Shown piece after piece: positions 27,683 through 42,300 of a stretch of 64,000 nucleotides of DNA. A program made the position numbers and the translations under genes. Numbering within the stretch: the first letter of the stretch is position 1; each line of letters opens with the position of its first letter. The stretch comes from Raillietiella orientalis. Its lineage: Eukaryota. The DNA is taken from the NCBI GenBank assembly GCA_036172245.1, contig JAYWIR010000034.1:1240001-1304000 (forward strand). Reading direction: 5' to 3'. Below the pieces are notes generated by a model. It did not search any database. It saw only the letters and a program-made list of their open reading frames with translations, and had not been told where the DNA came from.

Positions 27683-30600
27683 TCAAAGGAATTTCACTCC
27701 TTCCATGTCATCGAATAGCATTAGTTCAGCTTTCCCTTCTGCTTGAAGAACAGTTATAACTCTTATTAAGAGTTGTCTATCAATACCATGGAATTCTGTA
27801 AAAGAAACCAGAGGTAGTACAATTATCAAGGGAAAATACAATTAAATTTGCGTTTTTTTTTTTTTTTTTCCTATTCGTTCTTTTTTTTTATTGTTATTAT
27901 TATTATATATAACCTTGCTCTTCTGTATCTTTTCCAGATATAAGTTCATACAACGTACAAACAGTATCTGTAAGACCATTCTCCTGAACGTACTGTTGCA
28001 AAAGATTGGCCCATTCATTTAGCGTACGCCAGTATACAAAACATCTGGAAAACAGAGACAGTTCATAGTTATATATTCCTTGCACACGCATCATATGAGG
28101 GGATGCTCAGATTTTTACCTAGTCTTGGATTTGTTTATCCATTCCAATCTATTATCGTTCTTTAGCTCATTAAGAATTAAGCAGACTCCATCTTTGTTTA
28201 GATGTCCTGATGAAACAAAAAACTCGTTTTCAAAATCGAACAGACAGAAACATCAAAAATGTTCATGCATTCTTCCTGATCGTTTGTGTTGAAAAAATCA
28301 AATAAAAAAAAAAAATACTCCTCAATCGAAATGATTTTCCATAACCCCGGTATTCGTGTTCAAATTGGAGAACATATTTTGTGGTATCTGAAGCTCACAC
28401 TCTTTCTTACCTCTGCTCCACGAAATACTGTGACGTCACACTTCATATCTCGCAATTTCCAAGCATTAGAGTGTACACGCTGTGAAATGAAAACAGCATA
28501 CTAGGTCTCCCCTTGAAGGAGGGATGCTCTGATTTTTTCTTTTCGAAAAGCTAGGGATCATAGCACTCCCTCCCTGTGCTCAGAACAGAAAAGGGAGCGT
28601 TGAAGCGAGAAAAGTTAATGACTATAGAAACTTCCGTTAAAAATAATAACAATTTCTGATAAAAAGATAGCTGGCGTGTACACCCGCACTGTTAAGTGCA
28701 CGATTAAGAAACCGGCAAAACAAAACTGGAGCCAAAACACGATTCGAAATAAACACAATTGGCAATTGGTGTTGTCAAAAATGCTATACTCTGCTTCCAT
28801 AAAGTAAAGGAACGCAATAGTTGTAATAAGGCTGATATACTATGATGTCCTGCCGATGTTCCTTCATTCAACAGAGCACAAAAAAAAAGAAAAGCAACAA
28901 CGCAAAGATCCATTGCAATGAAGGTGTAATGGTAGTTGACTTTTATGGAAGATCTCCATAAAAACGAACTGCACAACAGCCAACTTGGATGCAGACCAGC
29001 TCTGACGGAGGCAAACTGGCGCCGATAATTCGACTTTTATCCAGAAGGAAAGATGAGCATCAAGAGAGACAAAACAAGAACCAGTACACTTGGTTCTGGT
29101 GATTCTAATGATTTGCAGTAGCACAGTCTGGATGCTGTGTTGAAACTTTGCTGAATGGGATTTACTTATCCGCTCTCCCATTGTGCTGGTTTTTTGAAAC
29201 ACGAATCCTTTTTGAAATGAATTTATTCATATCGTATAGCTTTCTATACAATTACAAATACAGTACAACAATCATCACGAAACACAATGCTTTCTTTTTT
29301 TAAAAAAAAAAAAAAAAAATTGAAATAAACACAGCAACACACATAATCTTCCTCGTTTTTCGTTAATTTACTACTACTAGTTTTAAAAGAGAATGATACC
29401 AACAACTACTCTAATCATAAATTATGAAACAAATTCGGATGTTGATAATCGAAGTACTCTGAATGTGCAGATATTATTTCTTAGTGTCAAATGAAAGCGC
29501 GACAGACGGTGAGAACACAAAGTGCAGAAAACACTGAAAGAAAGTGCAAACAAAGTGTGAATACACCCAAGGTACAAGATACATGGCATATACAATACAA
29601 ATACATCTTAAAATAGATAAAGTAGAGCAACTTGGAAAGCAAGTTGAGAAAACGATATTACATGAACCTGCAAGCATGGAAGGCTACCACGATGTAAAAC
29701 GATCCCGTACGAACGGAAAACCCACGCTGTGTGTATTCAGATTTGTATTCAGATTACACACATGCAAAGGAGTGTTGGACATTGCACCTCACCAATTTTC
29801 AGATCTTTTCCCAGCATTCAGAAAAACACGGATCGGACGGATGTCGCCACATTTCGACGAGTAAAGAAAAACTGCAACACCGTGAATTGTTAAACTCCTA
29901 TGGAACACAAATAATCTTTACTCAAAGCAACGTGTTCAGCCACTGTGTTCAATGTACATTGCTAATTTTAGTTGGTTTAAGAGCCACCAAATAAAAAATA
30001 GCTTTATACAAACACAGTAAAATGTACAGAAACTCGGTTGACAGTTAACGCGGGGAATGTATAGAAAGAACGAATTGTATGCCATTTCAGAAAAGCTTTT
30101 AGCATGCTCTCGTTAACCGTTTTTACTGGAGAACTGTGTTCATACCGACAAAATTGATTCCATCACAAATTACTTCTCAGTGGTAACCACTAGAAAGCTT
30201 GGTTTTCGGTGACTGATTTAAAAACCACAGTATTTAGTTGATTAGCATGTCTTTCAATGATAATTAATAATTTCTCATAATGAATTCTCCCCCCCCCCCC
30301 CCCCTGAATCTCTCCCATTCCTCTATTTCGGCTCAGTATGACTCCTTTTTTGGACTCTTTTCCATGTCGCTTATGCAGTGAGTAGAAAGGCATCTGAAAA
30401 GTAATCACGAAGCCTTGATTACTTTTCCAGTGCTTTTTATGCTAAAAGGTAGAGCGGTTTTACTGAAAGTATAGTAAAATGACAGTAGGATTTAGCAGAA
30501 ATTCTTTTCGTAGCATAGTTAAACTCCTTTATTATAATGGCTTGTCTCAAAGTTTTAACTGATTGTTCTTCTAAATGTTTAACTAAGTTTTCTTTTAATT

Positions 30601-33600
30601 CCTTTTTCCGATAAACATAATCTAATCTGTGTCCAGGGCCAAGACTGAGCCACACTGTGTTGATGTAACCTATTTTAAAGAAGCGCAATACCCTAAATTT
30701 AATCCAAAAGTTTGTAGTTGACTTGCAAAAAGGATCGACTTTATAGTTTTAAAACAAGCGCATTCGTTCCGCAAATTGGAAAAGTGATGTCTTATTCCTT
30801 TCCTTGGCTTTGTTAAATTACGTTATGTACTTCCCGTTACACCTAATTATGCCACCTAATTATGATCCATATACGTCAGTACATTAAACTTACTAAAAAA
30901 AAAAAAATACCACAAAATTCTTATTATATATAATACAAAATCGAACACTGTCAAAATATAAAATCACATCTTCGATCCACAAAAAGGAAAAAAGCTACTC
31001 TGCGGAATTATATATAGAATCCGTTTCGCTTTTTTTATATTATGCCTTATCGAAACTTATCCAAGTCGTATGGAATTGCGATGGATAAATGTTCCTTGCA
31101 TTGAATCCCAACATTGAATCCGACAACGACCGAAACGAAAGTACCGAAATTTAAAACCCTTCGCGCAGTTATTTTGCTTGGCATTTTGTGAACCACTTTG
31201 TGGCAATGAAGCAACAAATTCACACTTTTCAGAGAAGATTAGCAAATACATTAAGTAAGCAATGAAGCAAACACGAATACACTGCCACGAAGAAATCCAC
31301 GAAGTCATTTGATGTTTCGCAGTTTCATCTACATCAGCAAAGTTTTCGTTCCTTCAATGAAAAACAGAATTCAATGAAAAACACACAAAAATTCAAAAGG
31401 GTTCCGTCAAAGACTATGAGCACCACCGCGGAACAACGGAAAGCACCAACACATGGTGGCGACTCCGCCGCATTAGCCTACTCGCAGGGGAAATGTTCTC
31501 AGGGCTTCGAAAGAATTTAAACATTTTGAAAAATGCAGATTCGAGGGGATCGTGAGAAGAACTTGGAGAAACAAACCGTGGTCCAAACACCTACTTTCTA
31601 CACTTGCACACATCACTTCGACGTAGTGACACACATATCCGACAAGAATTTGCACTGAATCTTTAAGGCATGCTACAACTGAATACAACACCTCAGGCAA
31701 AATTTGTTGGTTTCCGTGAACCAACAAATTTCTGCATATTCTAGAAAAGGAAACTAAAGAGCAAAAAACCCTTCCCTGTGCAGACCAAATGCAATAATAA
31801 ATAAACGTCATTATTGATATAGAAAAAATTAAAAGTCTAATTGGTGCGAAAATCTAATTAAAGAAAAAAGGGTGCTTCAAATTCAGGGGCGAAAGATTAA
31901 ATGCATCTATTTTCTTCCATTCCCAATGATTTTGAGATGACACTAATAGAAACCTTGACCTGGAACTTTGAAGTCACTTCCCATTCATCACAGAAATCAT
32001 TTTGATTTTCTCATTCACCTTGATGTATCGTGAAATCAAAGACTTATTCATGTAATATGACTAGTGGAAAGGCAAGAACTTACTTTTCAAAGTCCGACTT
32101 TTCCTTAATAGTTCACCAGGCACCTAAAAGGAACTTCTTGATTCGATTTCGAAACTGTTCGATCCTGTATGTTCTGACCCTTACAGTTATTAGATTTAAA
32201 TTCATTTTTACGTAATAGACGTTGGGCCCTTTCAAATCAAGGTATTTATTGAAAGTCTCCTAAAACTCCACAAAATGACTGCGTTCATATGGAATGGTAA
32301 CCACCTGCATGCTTCGCTTTTTCCCACTGATTCCCGTTTCATTTATTTCACTTGATGCAATTCATAACGCCGAAAAACAATGTCTCTACATAATCCTGGA
32401 TTTATTTTTTCCTGATTTATTTTGTCTAAATTAGACACTAGCTGGAAAAAAATCATGAAATCAAGTGTTATTCTTTTAACACTTAATTTTAAAGGAATAC
32501 GTAACAAAACTGAAACAAGCGTAAAAACAAAATGGTGGAACGGGAAGAACTGGAATGATGCTACTGCTAAGACGGGAAGATCAGTTCGATGAAACTTGCG
32601 AGTTGAACATTCGTATTATGCAGGAAACAAAAAGAAATCTGCACTAAGGAATTTTAAAAATAATTGCGCTAAACATCGGGAACAGGAGACGATTCTTCCT
32701 CGTAATAAAATGTGACAAACAATAATATATGATTGAACAAACGATTGCAAACACACTTCAGTACGCATTTGATGTTTTGAAACAAATGATGTAGCTTCTC
32801 ATTATCATTACGTAATCGATTTCAATGTAAAAAAAATGATATGAAGAAAATTCTTTTCAATCCTATCAGCATTACATAAATCAAAATACAATGCTTTCGT
32901 TCCAGATAAATAAGTCTGAAATGGTCAATATGAATTTGTTAAATGCATAACAAAACTCTAAAAAGCAGAATGATAAACATTAGAAGGGAGCATTAATTTG
33001 CAGATAATTCTTTACAATAATCAACTTGACTCTTGAAAATTCCACTACAAGGAACCTGTGAAGATCATTATAAAACTGGATTTTTAAGATACTGACTATA
33101 AGACACCAAATGCAATTATCACTACAAAACAAAAAAGGAGATTAATATTACACTTGAGAATCGGAGCAATCACACAAATATAAGCAGTCACCTGCAAGTA
33201 TATAGTAATTACTACAAAGAACATATGAATGGATGGAGCAAAAGGATCAAAAGAAAATTCTCATCTTTGGCAATTCTATGTGCATCATAGAAAAACATGG
33301 TGAAAACCAAAGATGGAACAGGCTTGGAATATGAGAAACTTCAATCTACCAAACTCACATAAAGGGAATTCTCAATTGAAACACACAAGCAAAACAAAGA
33401 AATAAAATAACTTGCACTTACATTAGGGAACAACATAGGGGATTCACATAGGCTCATTCCACATACATATGAGAATAGCCACTCTAAATAAAATAATGGA
33501 TGCAATGCTACATTTGTTGGGTCAGGTTAAGTGCTATAGTCAATTTTATACTCAAAACTTGATTTTAGAAAATGATGCATGATTCTCCACACTGAACACT

Positions 33601-34536
33601 GGTGTGAAGACTCGTGATAAGAACACTTATGATATGAAAAAAGCTATAAATGAGCTTCACATACTGCTGCAGACTCAAGAAAGAAATTTTCACTAATAAA
33701 AGTATGAAAGAAAATCAGTATAACTTTGTATAGCAAAGAAAGGAATATAATTCATAATTTATAATGAATGTATTTACAGAAATGTAATCATGCATGAATG
33801 AATGCATTTAATATCTATTTTCTAAATGAATTTTAGAAATTGTTCTAATGTTTCCAGAAATTGATTCAGCAAATAAATATCTATGGTTCTGCATATGATT
33901 AAGTACACTGCAAAAATCGCTTTTCTGCATCAAAATCACAAGACCTAAACAATATTGCACATATGTTTAAAATTCGATTAGGAGACATATTTTAGATGAT
34001 TCAATAAATGTTTCCAATATTCATACTCATTCTTTGGAGAGTGAACTGATATTCATGATAATGTCTTAAAAAAAAAAGGGAAAAATACATACTCATCCAC
34101 TAAAACATTTCCACTTGCTTCCATATTACTTCAATGCAAATATTATACCTGTTACCTTACTCTACATTCATATACCCAGAACAAAACAATTTGTATCATA
34201 CAGTTTGCATCACATTCATAAATTTTAGTCCACCAAATTAAAAGCACCTTATGAATAAAAAATTTTCCATTTACTTTTTAATTCTTTATTGTTGAATAAT
34301 TCAGATTCGCAGATTTCATCAACATCCACAATAAATATTCTTTTATCTTTACAGTAATTCAGCACAACTTTTTTCCAAATTTCGATTTGTTTCTCACGTG
34401 TAGTTTGGTTGGGCTGTATACTAAAAATAAATAGATATGTAAAAAGGCATACGTATATATATGTAATACACATATACAGATATACAGATATATATGCATA
34501 TGTGTGTATGTATGCATGCATATGTATATGTATATG

Positions 34537-34589
<53 letters not shown>

Positions 34590-35322
34590 TTTGCCCAATG
34601 AGTAACTACAATACAAGATGTGTGCTATAGTTACTCATGAGATAGCATGAATTTTTTTCGAGGTGAACTTAAGTTTCATTTATAAAATTTACAGCTTCAA
34701 ATGATGGTAGGGTTTTACTGTTCTAACATCCAAGATGTAATTTGTTATTATCATCAAAAACAAAAACAATACAGTCACTCAATCAAAATCTTCACTTACA
34801 TATACACAAAACTGAGAAAAAAGTGTACATTAGAAGGCAAGCCCCATGTGATTTCCGAAACGAAATCTGGTTGAGGAAATATCACAGAAGAAACTGAATT
34901 TACACTGCAGCAATTATTAACATGTATAATAATTGGTGCCAAATTCATAAACGGTGTCACAATAGTATAGCTGCCATACACATGGTGAAATGAATTGGTT
35001 TCAGAAATGTACCCTTCTAAAAGGATGCTTCCAAAAGTGCTTGAGGGTATCTGTTTCAAGGAACACACAACATGGAACTATAAAGTTTCCTATGATCAAT
35101 GTTGTTTTCTATTTTCAGCATTTTTCATGAGAATTATGAAATAGATAAATTTTGATACGCAAAATTCCACGCAAAACTAAAATGAAACCTACGTGTCACC
35201 TTTGGAATTTGTATTTGGACTTCAGTCCATTTGTTTGATAATCTCAATAAATAAAACATAGCTTACGTGTAAAAAGGAGGAAAGTTATACTGCCATGGCC
35301 ACTCGAATGAGTCAACAGACAT
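27683..35322 (-). CDS. VPS25: ESCRT-II subunit VPS25
   Basis: Exons 35322-35267 ([19 protein letters not shown]), 34420-34275 ([24 protein letters not shown]), 28206-28119 ([24 protein letters not shown]), 28044-27914 ([21 protein letters not shown]) and 27795-27683 (EFHGID..EGKAEL..EGVKFL*). Phases are consistent and the PPFY motif and GVKF end are diagnostic. Confidence 0.95.
34450..34588. repeat. (TA)n / (TATG)n microsatellite in VPS25 intron 1
   Basis: Directly visible; it explains the spurious IYIYIY ORFs. Confidence 0.95.
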
Positions 35323-35519
35323 TTTAACAGGCATGCAATTTTCCTCTAACGCTTGATGGATTGAAACGGATAATTGAAATGAGAAGCTGAACCAACACGA
35401 CAGCAACTACAGATGGATTTTGCATCCTTCGCGGATGTTTCCACCAACCTCACATTTCGACCGGAGGACTCACATTTCGCGAATCAACTAAGATGCGTTC
35501 AGAACACGACTCCCGCGAA

Positions 35520-35601
35520 GTCGTGATGGCCGAGTGGTTAAGGCGTTGGACTCGAAATCCAATGGGATTTTCCCTCACAGGTTCGAATCCTGTTCACGAC
35601 G
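35520..35601 (+). tRNA. tRNA-Ser(CGA)
   Basis: GTCGTGA/TCACGAC acceptor stem, TGGCCGAGTGG A-box, TTGGA-CT-CGA-AA-TCCAA anticodon arm, long variable arm GGGA/TCCC, GGTTCGAATCC B-box, G73, downstream TTTT. Confidence 0.97.
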
Positions 35602-38600
35602 ACGGTTTTGTGATCGTGTTCGCAGCGGCGGTTTTTGCACAGATTCGGAAGGTTTTGCTTTGCCGTTCACAGTTTTACGATTTTGGAAGTCGACACGGAA
35701 GTGTTTTCGCTATACGCACATTCTCGCTGAAGATTCGATAGCATTCGCCACAAATCCGACGTTAGGTTTGAATTCATCACAAACGCAACCGCAGTAAGGA
35801 GTTCATGAACCGTACGAAGGAGCAAACGGGATGCATTTCCCCCCTTTTCCATTTTCTCATGAGGTTTTCACACAATTATCTAAAAGGTTGAAGGCAAGTA
35901 CGTAACCCCACGAGATTCAGTGCTCGTGTTCCAACACAGGCAACGGAAGACTTGTGTTCCATAATAACCCCTTGCCTTGAAGGGGGCGACTGCCCCCGAT
36001 TGGGTTTCGGCGAACCCATACGTAACCTCCACTGACATTCCCTCTCGTTTACGTTCTTCCTCGGAGCGGTGCTTGGGTAATTTTTCAGAAGAAAACTGGG
36101 GACAGATTCCACCGCTTTGACAAAGAAAGTTCAGAGACGGATTCCACGATCACTGATGATCACAGCTTCCCCTCGCATTCAATGATTAACGAAACAGTTT
36201 TATCCGCGATTACCGTGAGCGTGCCAAAAATCTCACGATGAAAAAACAGGATGGCATCTTCCCTCGAAAAATGTCAACTTTGAGAGAGAGAGTGTGCACA
36301 ACGACGAGTTGTATTATGATGAGTAATTACATTAGGAAAAATAATATAAAGATTCTACCTTCACAAGTTCGTTAGGCCTTGTAGATGACTTTCACGGATT
36401 ATATCTCGAACGACATTTCACAGCATAAACTGAACTTTCCTCTGCATTAGAAGAACCCTTTATTGGCATGAACGAGGGTGGGCAGACTAGGGCGGGGAAA
36501 AGTAGTCGCTCCCATCGGTCAGATTTCAGGGGAATGCAAAATCGACTGGAAATAAACATCCAGAAATTATAAATTTGCCATTTTGTTTTCTGCTCGTGGT
36601 TCATCCTCTTTTAGAGAATAGCAAACAATTGAACAAAACAGAGGCCGTTGGTAAATTCTGATAAGGAACTCAAAAGATTATACGTACAGGGGAGGAGGAT
36701 AGGACGTTGTAGAAGCAGGCAGATCTGTTCTTGCGTCGGGAAAAAAAATGAAAAATAAAGCTAGAAGTAAAGTCGTATTTCCTCGTAAACGAAGATAAAC
36801 GGAAACCAATTCGAAACATTTGTTCGCATCAACCGAAGGTTTTGGCTTTCCTCCAGATGAAGGTCTCTCGAAAGAATAAAAATATGCATCAAATTAAAAG
36901 TGCCAACGAACGAAATATCCCGGAATTCCACTTTTTACATCATCATTTCAGGTCCTATATAGAACGGATGTCAGTGAATCACAAAAATCCAGTTATTTAT
37001 GATTATAGACCGGAAGAGTTACCGACACAGTGTTGAAACTGTGATAGTGGGCATTCTTTTTTAGTGATATCAATGAACATAGCAGCTCGAGAAATTGAAT
37101 TTAATCGGAAATATAAGAACTTTTACTGACGCAGTGCGACTTCTAAATGTTAGCATTTTTATTAATTGATTCACAGCTTTAACTGTGAAACTGTAAAAGG
37201 TTGATTTGCCGCCATGAAGGCATAAAAAGGAAACCACAAGTCCTTATTATACAAACGATACTTCGCGAAGAATTAATAACGGACTTTTAATTAATATTGA
37301 AATAAAAGAGAGAGAATCTAATCTATGACGGTTTTGCATCTTCCAGTAAAAGATCTCCCTGTTCTTCTTGTGGGCTCATTCACTTTATTGTCTGTTGTTC
37401 ACTTTTGTAATTGTTAAATGTAGTTTACCACCATCCTCCAAATTATCAGAATTCAAGTAATTTCATCCTAAATGTCAGAACGCGTAGAAAATGTCTGAAT
37501 TTCCTTCCAAGGAAAACTTCAAAGCGTGAAGTAAGTGGTAAAAAGCATATTTGCAGTGGTTTCCTAATAACCCAAATCAGTAAAATGTATTTATTTCTTT
37601 ACAATACTAAATCTTTGATAATGTTATGGTGAGCAATATCGAGGATTTTGTATGTCAAGGTATGTTTCATGTGTAATGCAGGTTAATGCTATTGATGGCA
37701 CAAATGCTGTTCCTATTGCCACATCATAAAGTAATGATTTTTTGTTGCAAATAGGGATCCAAATCAAGTAAATTAAGCCATAGCAACAGTCTGATAGTTA
37801 GAGCAAATTGCTTAAAGATATTGATGTTGCTGTTTTTCTAGATGACAAGCTGATGCTATTATTCCTTTCTCTTCTTTGTCTACTTTTGCATGGTTTTTAA
37901 GCGTGGCAGGCATACCTTGTCTCTTTTATTGGGATTCCATTAGAGTTATGATGGCTCTTTCACTTATTGCAAGCCGTTGATTCAACTTGCCAACATTCAG
38001 TGACATGCCATCTTTGCCTTAATGTCTACTGGCACTGGATTTTTGGAAAGAGCTTCACATTCGTATTAAGACTTCGTATCATGACACAAGTCTGGTCCAA
38101 GGTTTTCCCATGAAAACTACTACGAGGTTTCGTTCAATCTGCTTGAGATTTCATTTTGTTATGTTTGGATTCATAAATGCCTTTATGCTATCCGCTGAGC
38201 AGTACTTTCTTTAGGAGGAAAATAGGCTGTGATTTCCTGAAGGAGTTCGAAAGGACATAGCAGCCCACTCTTGACTTTCGTTCATCGAAACGTAACAGCC
38301 TTGACTTACGTGAACATCTTTCATCCTGTTCTAAAATCCACACTTGCCAACTAATTCTGAGAAACCAATTCCACTGTCGGGTCTCTTGTGTATAAGAAAA
38401 AGACTTACCCAAGGTTCTAGAATATCTTCAGTTTTTATGCCCATTTCAGCTGAAAATTGATTAATTATTTTTAAAAAATCGATTACTTAATTCGTGATTT
38501 ACTTGAGTAATGGATATTTCATTTATACCTAAGCAGACTGCATGCGATCTTCTTTTTTTCATCTTTTAATCTTGAAAGCGTTCAGAATTAACAATTCTAC

Positions 38601-38699
38601 AACTTGCATTCCCAGAAGATATCAGCAAATTTGCAAACGAGGTAGATGTTTCTGCTTGTTTCCACAAATCTTACCTAGGCCCAACGGAGAGTTCATGCT

Positions 38700-39300
38700 C
38701 CTTATTTGGGAACATTAGCGAGCATCTTAGAGCTAAATCATCTATGTGCCAGAAAACATGCTGATACTCAGAGCTTTCATAATTGTTCTTATCGTTTATG
38801 CTTTTTTTTCACCGCTACAAGAATGTCCATGACTGCCCAATTAAAGAACAACGTTTTTCATGTAAATCTGTGGGCTGTAATCTACCCCAGATTCAACGTG
38901 GATTTTCCTCTAGGAGTTGTTCATTCATGCTTTTCGATCTCTTCAATCTACTATTTTGCAATATGCCCCTTTTGCAAAATAAAAGTCTTCACTTAGTTAT
39001 TTAGAAACACACCATGATAGTGATATGAAGTGATAGGAAGATACCAAACACATTTAGGTATCTTCAGTTCCACTGAATTCTGTTCTGCTATTCTTGCATG
39101 CTTTTATTTCATGAGCAATTATAGTGTTGTGGCCATGTTTGGTAAACAAGGGAACCACATGAACATTGTGAGCAATGTGAGTACACAGCATGATACATAA
39201 ATTTGTAATGGCCCTCTAGAACACTTTCTATGGGTACCCTGCCCGAGTACATAAGAACATTTTCGAGAAAACAGAGCATTTTTTATTCATAATCCATATA
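38700..39300 (-). mobile_element. Possible highly decayed LTR-retrotransposon pol remnant
   Basis: Weak resemblance only: NVHVVPLF..II (protease-like) followed by ILVAVKKK (RT N-terminus-like), with many stops. Confidence 0.2.
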
Positions 39301-42300
39301 AGCCATCAATGTAATGCACAAATACGCCGAAAGTACGTATACTGAAATAAGATAAATAAAGTTTGGTTTTTATGATTCTGAGATATCAAATTCTCTGGTA
39401 ATTTAATGAGCAGTTCTAGTTGCACCATTCACAACTAAGACTGCTCCATCTCCCTCAGAGGAGATCAGATATTCTATATTGCACCCTAGTATGGTTAAAA
39501 CAATCCAGGTAGCCTTTGGTCATGCTCTCTTGCCAAATACATATAAGCTATTTTAACTGGTGAATGCTGGAACCATCAGCAAAGAACATCAATGAATCTA
39601 TGCCTTTTCGCAAAAAGGAAAGAAATTCGAATCAATAGTTCTTGAAGGACTTTTACAGAATTTAGAAAAACGTGTCTAAAAATCTATCTTTTCTTTAAGC
39701 TGCAGACCACTACAAGGATGCCTAAGTCTTCGCTCTAAGTACTTAATGCAAGTGAAACCAAAAAAAAACGAACAGATAATAGAATTCCGACGAAATTAGC
39801 AACAACAAATCATGAAGACACCCAACTTCTAATACTTTGTGCTTTTTTATTCTGTTCCAATTCATGCACTATAAGAGTGATTTGACATCAATAAGAAAGC
39901 ATGCTTTGGAGTATGATGCTGCGTTTCCGTGGTCCCTTCAGCATGCGGCCCAAGATCACTGTCAGCATCGCTTTCCCAGCTGAAGAATGCTGTCAAAAGA
40001 CCAACTCGGGCGTGGCGCCTCATTGTTTGAGGATTTTCCCGAGCCTTTTCGGTGTTATGGGTCTCTCTCCTTTTTTTATTATGCAGCTTCATAAAGCATG
40101 AAAGCGTTTTGGAATCCTGTGTACGTGTACACCTGCTTACAAGTTTCGCAAAAATCTGGATGGATGAATCCAAGGCACCTATCCATTTATAGTGGTGTTC
40201 CTTTGTATCTGCAGAAGAGAAAGTTTCATGGTAAACAGAGGTTCTAAGACTTTTAGAAACATGTCATTCGAGCCCCTTACATAAGCCTTCTAATAACTCG
40301 AAAATCGATAAGAGGAAAAATGCTTGCATTTCTACAATCCTCTGCAAGATATCTGCTTCTAATAAATTTGGCTCCATGCTACTAGACAATGCGGGTTCTC
40401 GTAGATGAATCTGGAAAAAAAATAATTCCACTCAATCAAGCAGCTGCTTGAGAAAAGGCAGGATTAGCGCAAAGAGCCGACTGAAGAGAAAGGCATCGGA
40501 TTATCACTGAGGAAGTGTTGTTTTAATTCATAGAAAATAAGGACTTGAGAGCGGTTCCTCAATGACGGTCGAAACGTCCCAGGATTCAAGGGCATTGTCA
40601 CTTATGTCTATTTCTCTTTATGTTCCTCCCCTTACATTAATGACAAGTAAGATTTCAGGTAGCCTATTATATAGCCTTTGGCACAATATTTTTCTCTACA
40701 GAAGCTCCACAGAAGCTCATAAACACGCAACTTTGAGAGCTTTCCCATTTTCTTTCTAATCGTAAGAGCATCGCATCACGATATCTCCGTGTCCATGTGT
40801 GTGTGTGCAATACGTCTGTGGTTACGGAAGCATATGTTTGCTATCTGACAGAACTTTTTCAATTCTTTCGATGACAAAAAGTCTTTTGTTCTTTGTCATG
40901 GAGTTTATGCTTCATAGGTTTCAAAGTTGCAAGTTTTCAGTGGCCAAAATTCTTGGTTGAATCGATAAATCAAAAATTGGGGAGAATTAGATTTTGATTC
41001 CCACAGCCTCAATTCATTAAATAAAAATTGTGGGCAACAAAAAGTTTGAAACCACCCATTAGTTTTTCAATGGTCCGGAAGGATCATTTAAGAATTTCTC
41101 TTCCAAAAATATTAATAGCCTTGTAAAAATGAATAGCTGGATTAATGTTTTAAACGAGGCAATAAATCTTAAGAAACCGAATTATCTCTGTAGTCTCTCT
41201 CTCTGACTGCCTTCTCTGCAGTTTGTTTTTTTTCATCGAGAATAGCAGTCAACAGACACAATCGATTTCTAAGATTCGATTGCTTCTATTGCGCTATAGC
41301 AAAAAGTAAAATCAAGCTTTCAAAACTCTTTAGGAATCCATTTTGTTTTTCCCCTTCACAATGTCTGTTGAGCTTAGATCCAGACAGACTCCCATAAGAC
41401 AACGTGGACAATTATTGTTTATGTCTGACAGGCTCCTCTCTTCTCTCCTGATTAGCCTCAGAAATAAAACTATCATCCGGGACCACAACTTTTTATATTC
41501 TCCATGGATGCAAAAACAAAAGTTCGAAAACGTACAAGCACTCGAAACTTCAAGACAAAGTATCTTAAGTACCGACTCCCGAGCCATATTTTTGTTCCAG
41601 AGTATTTACACAAAGATTGTTTTGAAATCTAAGCAAGCTCCCTACCAAATTCCAAAGCATCTTATTAATTTTTCCATTAAATTTACATGCTTAGCATTAA
41701 GAGGCTGAAATTTGAAGGGAAGCTAAGCTTTAATGATGGGTTTATGACTAGGGATAGTGGACCAAAGAAAGGTTTGTAAAATATGTTGCAAAGTAGAAAG
41801 AGCTGGGCTCAAAGGAATCGAGTTCCTGGTCCGTTTCTAGGAAACCAGAAGAAGAAAACTTTTGAAAAATCTCATTCCTGAAAACAGTGGTCCAAAACAT
41901 GTAAGGAAGCTGAATTTATTTTACTGTTCTGAAAGTGGGATGAGCTTTATGACAGGAATACAAAAAGGAAACGATTAGAAATTATCAATGCGTTAACTGT
42001 TGCGAGTTTCAAAGAAAAATGTCATTAATGCAGCAATTTCTGAATCCGTGATTTACACGATGGCTGAAATTTCCTGAAACTTTCAGTTTCCAAGCTCTGC
42101 TTAGGGTGAGCTTCAGTGCCTAGGAAGGCCTGATAGACAGATATCTGATTGATCATCCTAAGAGACTATTGGCAGACTGCACTGGAACTTACAGAGTTTG
42201 TTGAGGTTTCCTCAAACAAAGCATCTTCAATATTAAGAAGCATTTACAACGAGGGTTGTTTCGAGAAACATTTTCTGATAAAAAAAAAAATTATGGAGAG

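Noticed and set aside
30437..30688. LINE AP-endonuclease remnant in the VPS25 intron (VYR..IIIKEFN)
   Set aside because: Only two weak motif resemblances; insufficient support.
34085..34180. Duplicate or alternative VPS25 exon 3 (..MEASGNV..)
   Set aside because: It needs frameshifts and has stops and no good acceptor; the true exon 3 is at 28119-28206.
35520..35601. tRNA-Sec near the SPS gene
   Set aside because: The anticodon is CGA, with an ordinary 7-bp acceptor stem and Ser-type arms; tRNA-Sec needs TCA and a 9/4 fold.
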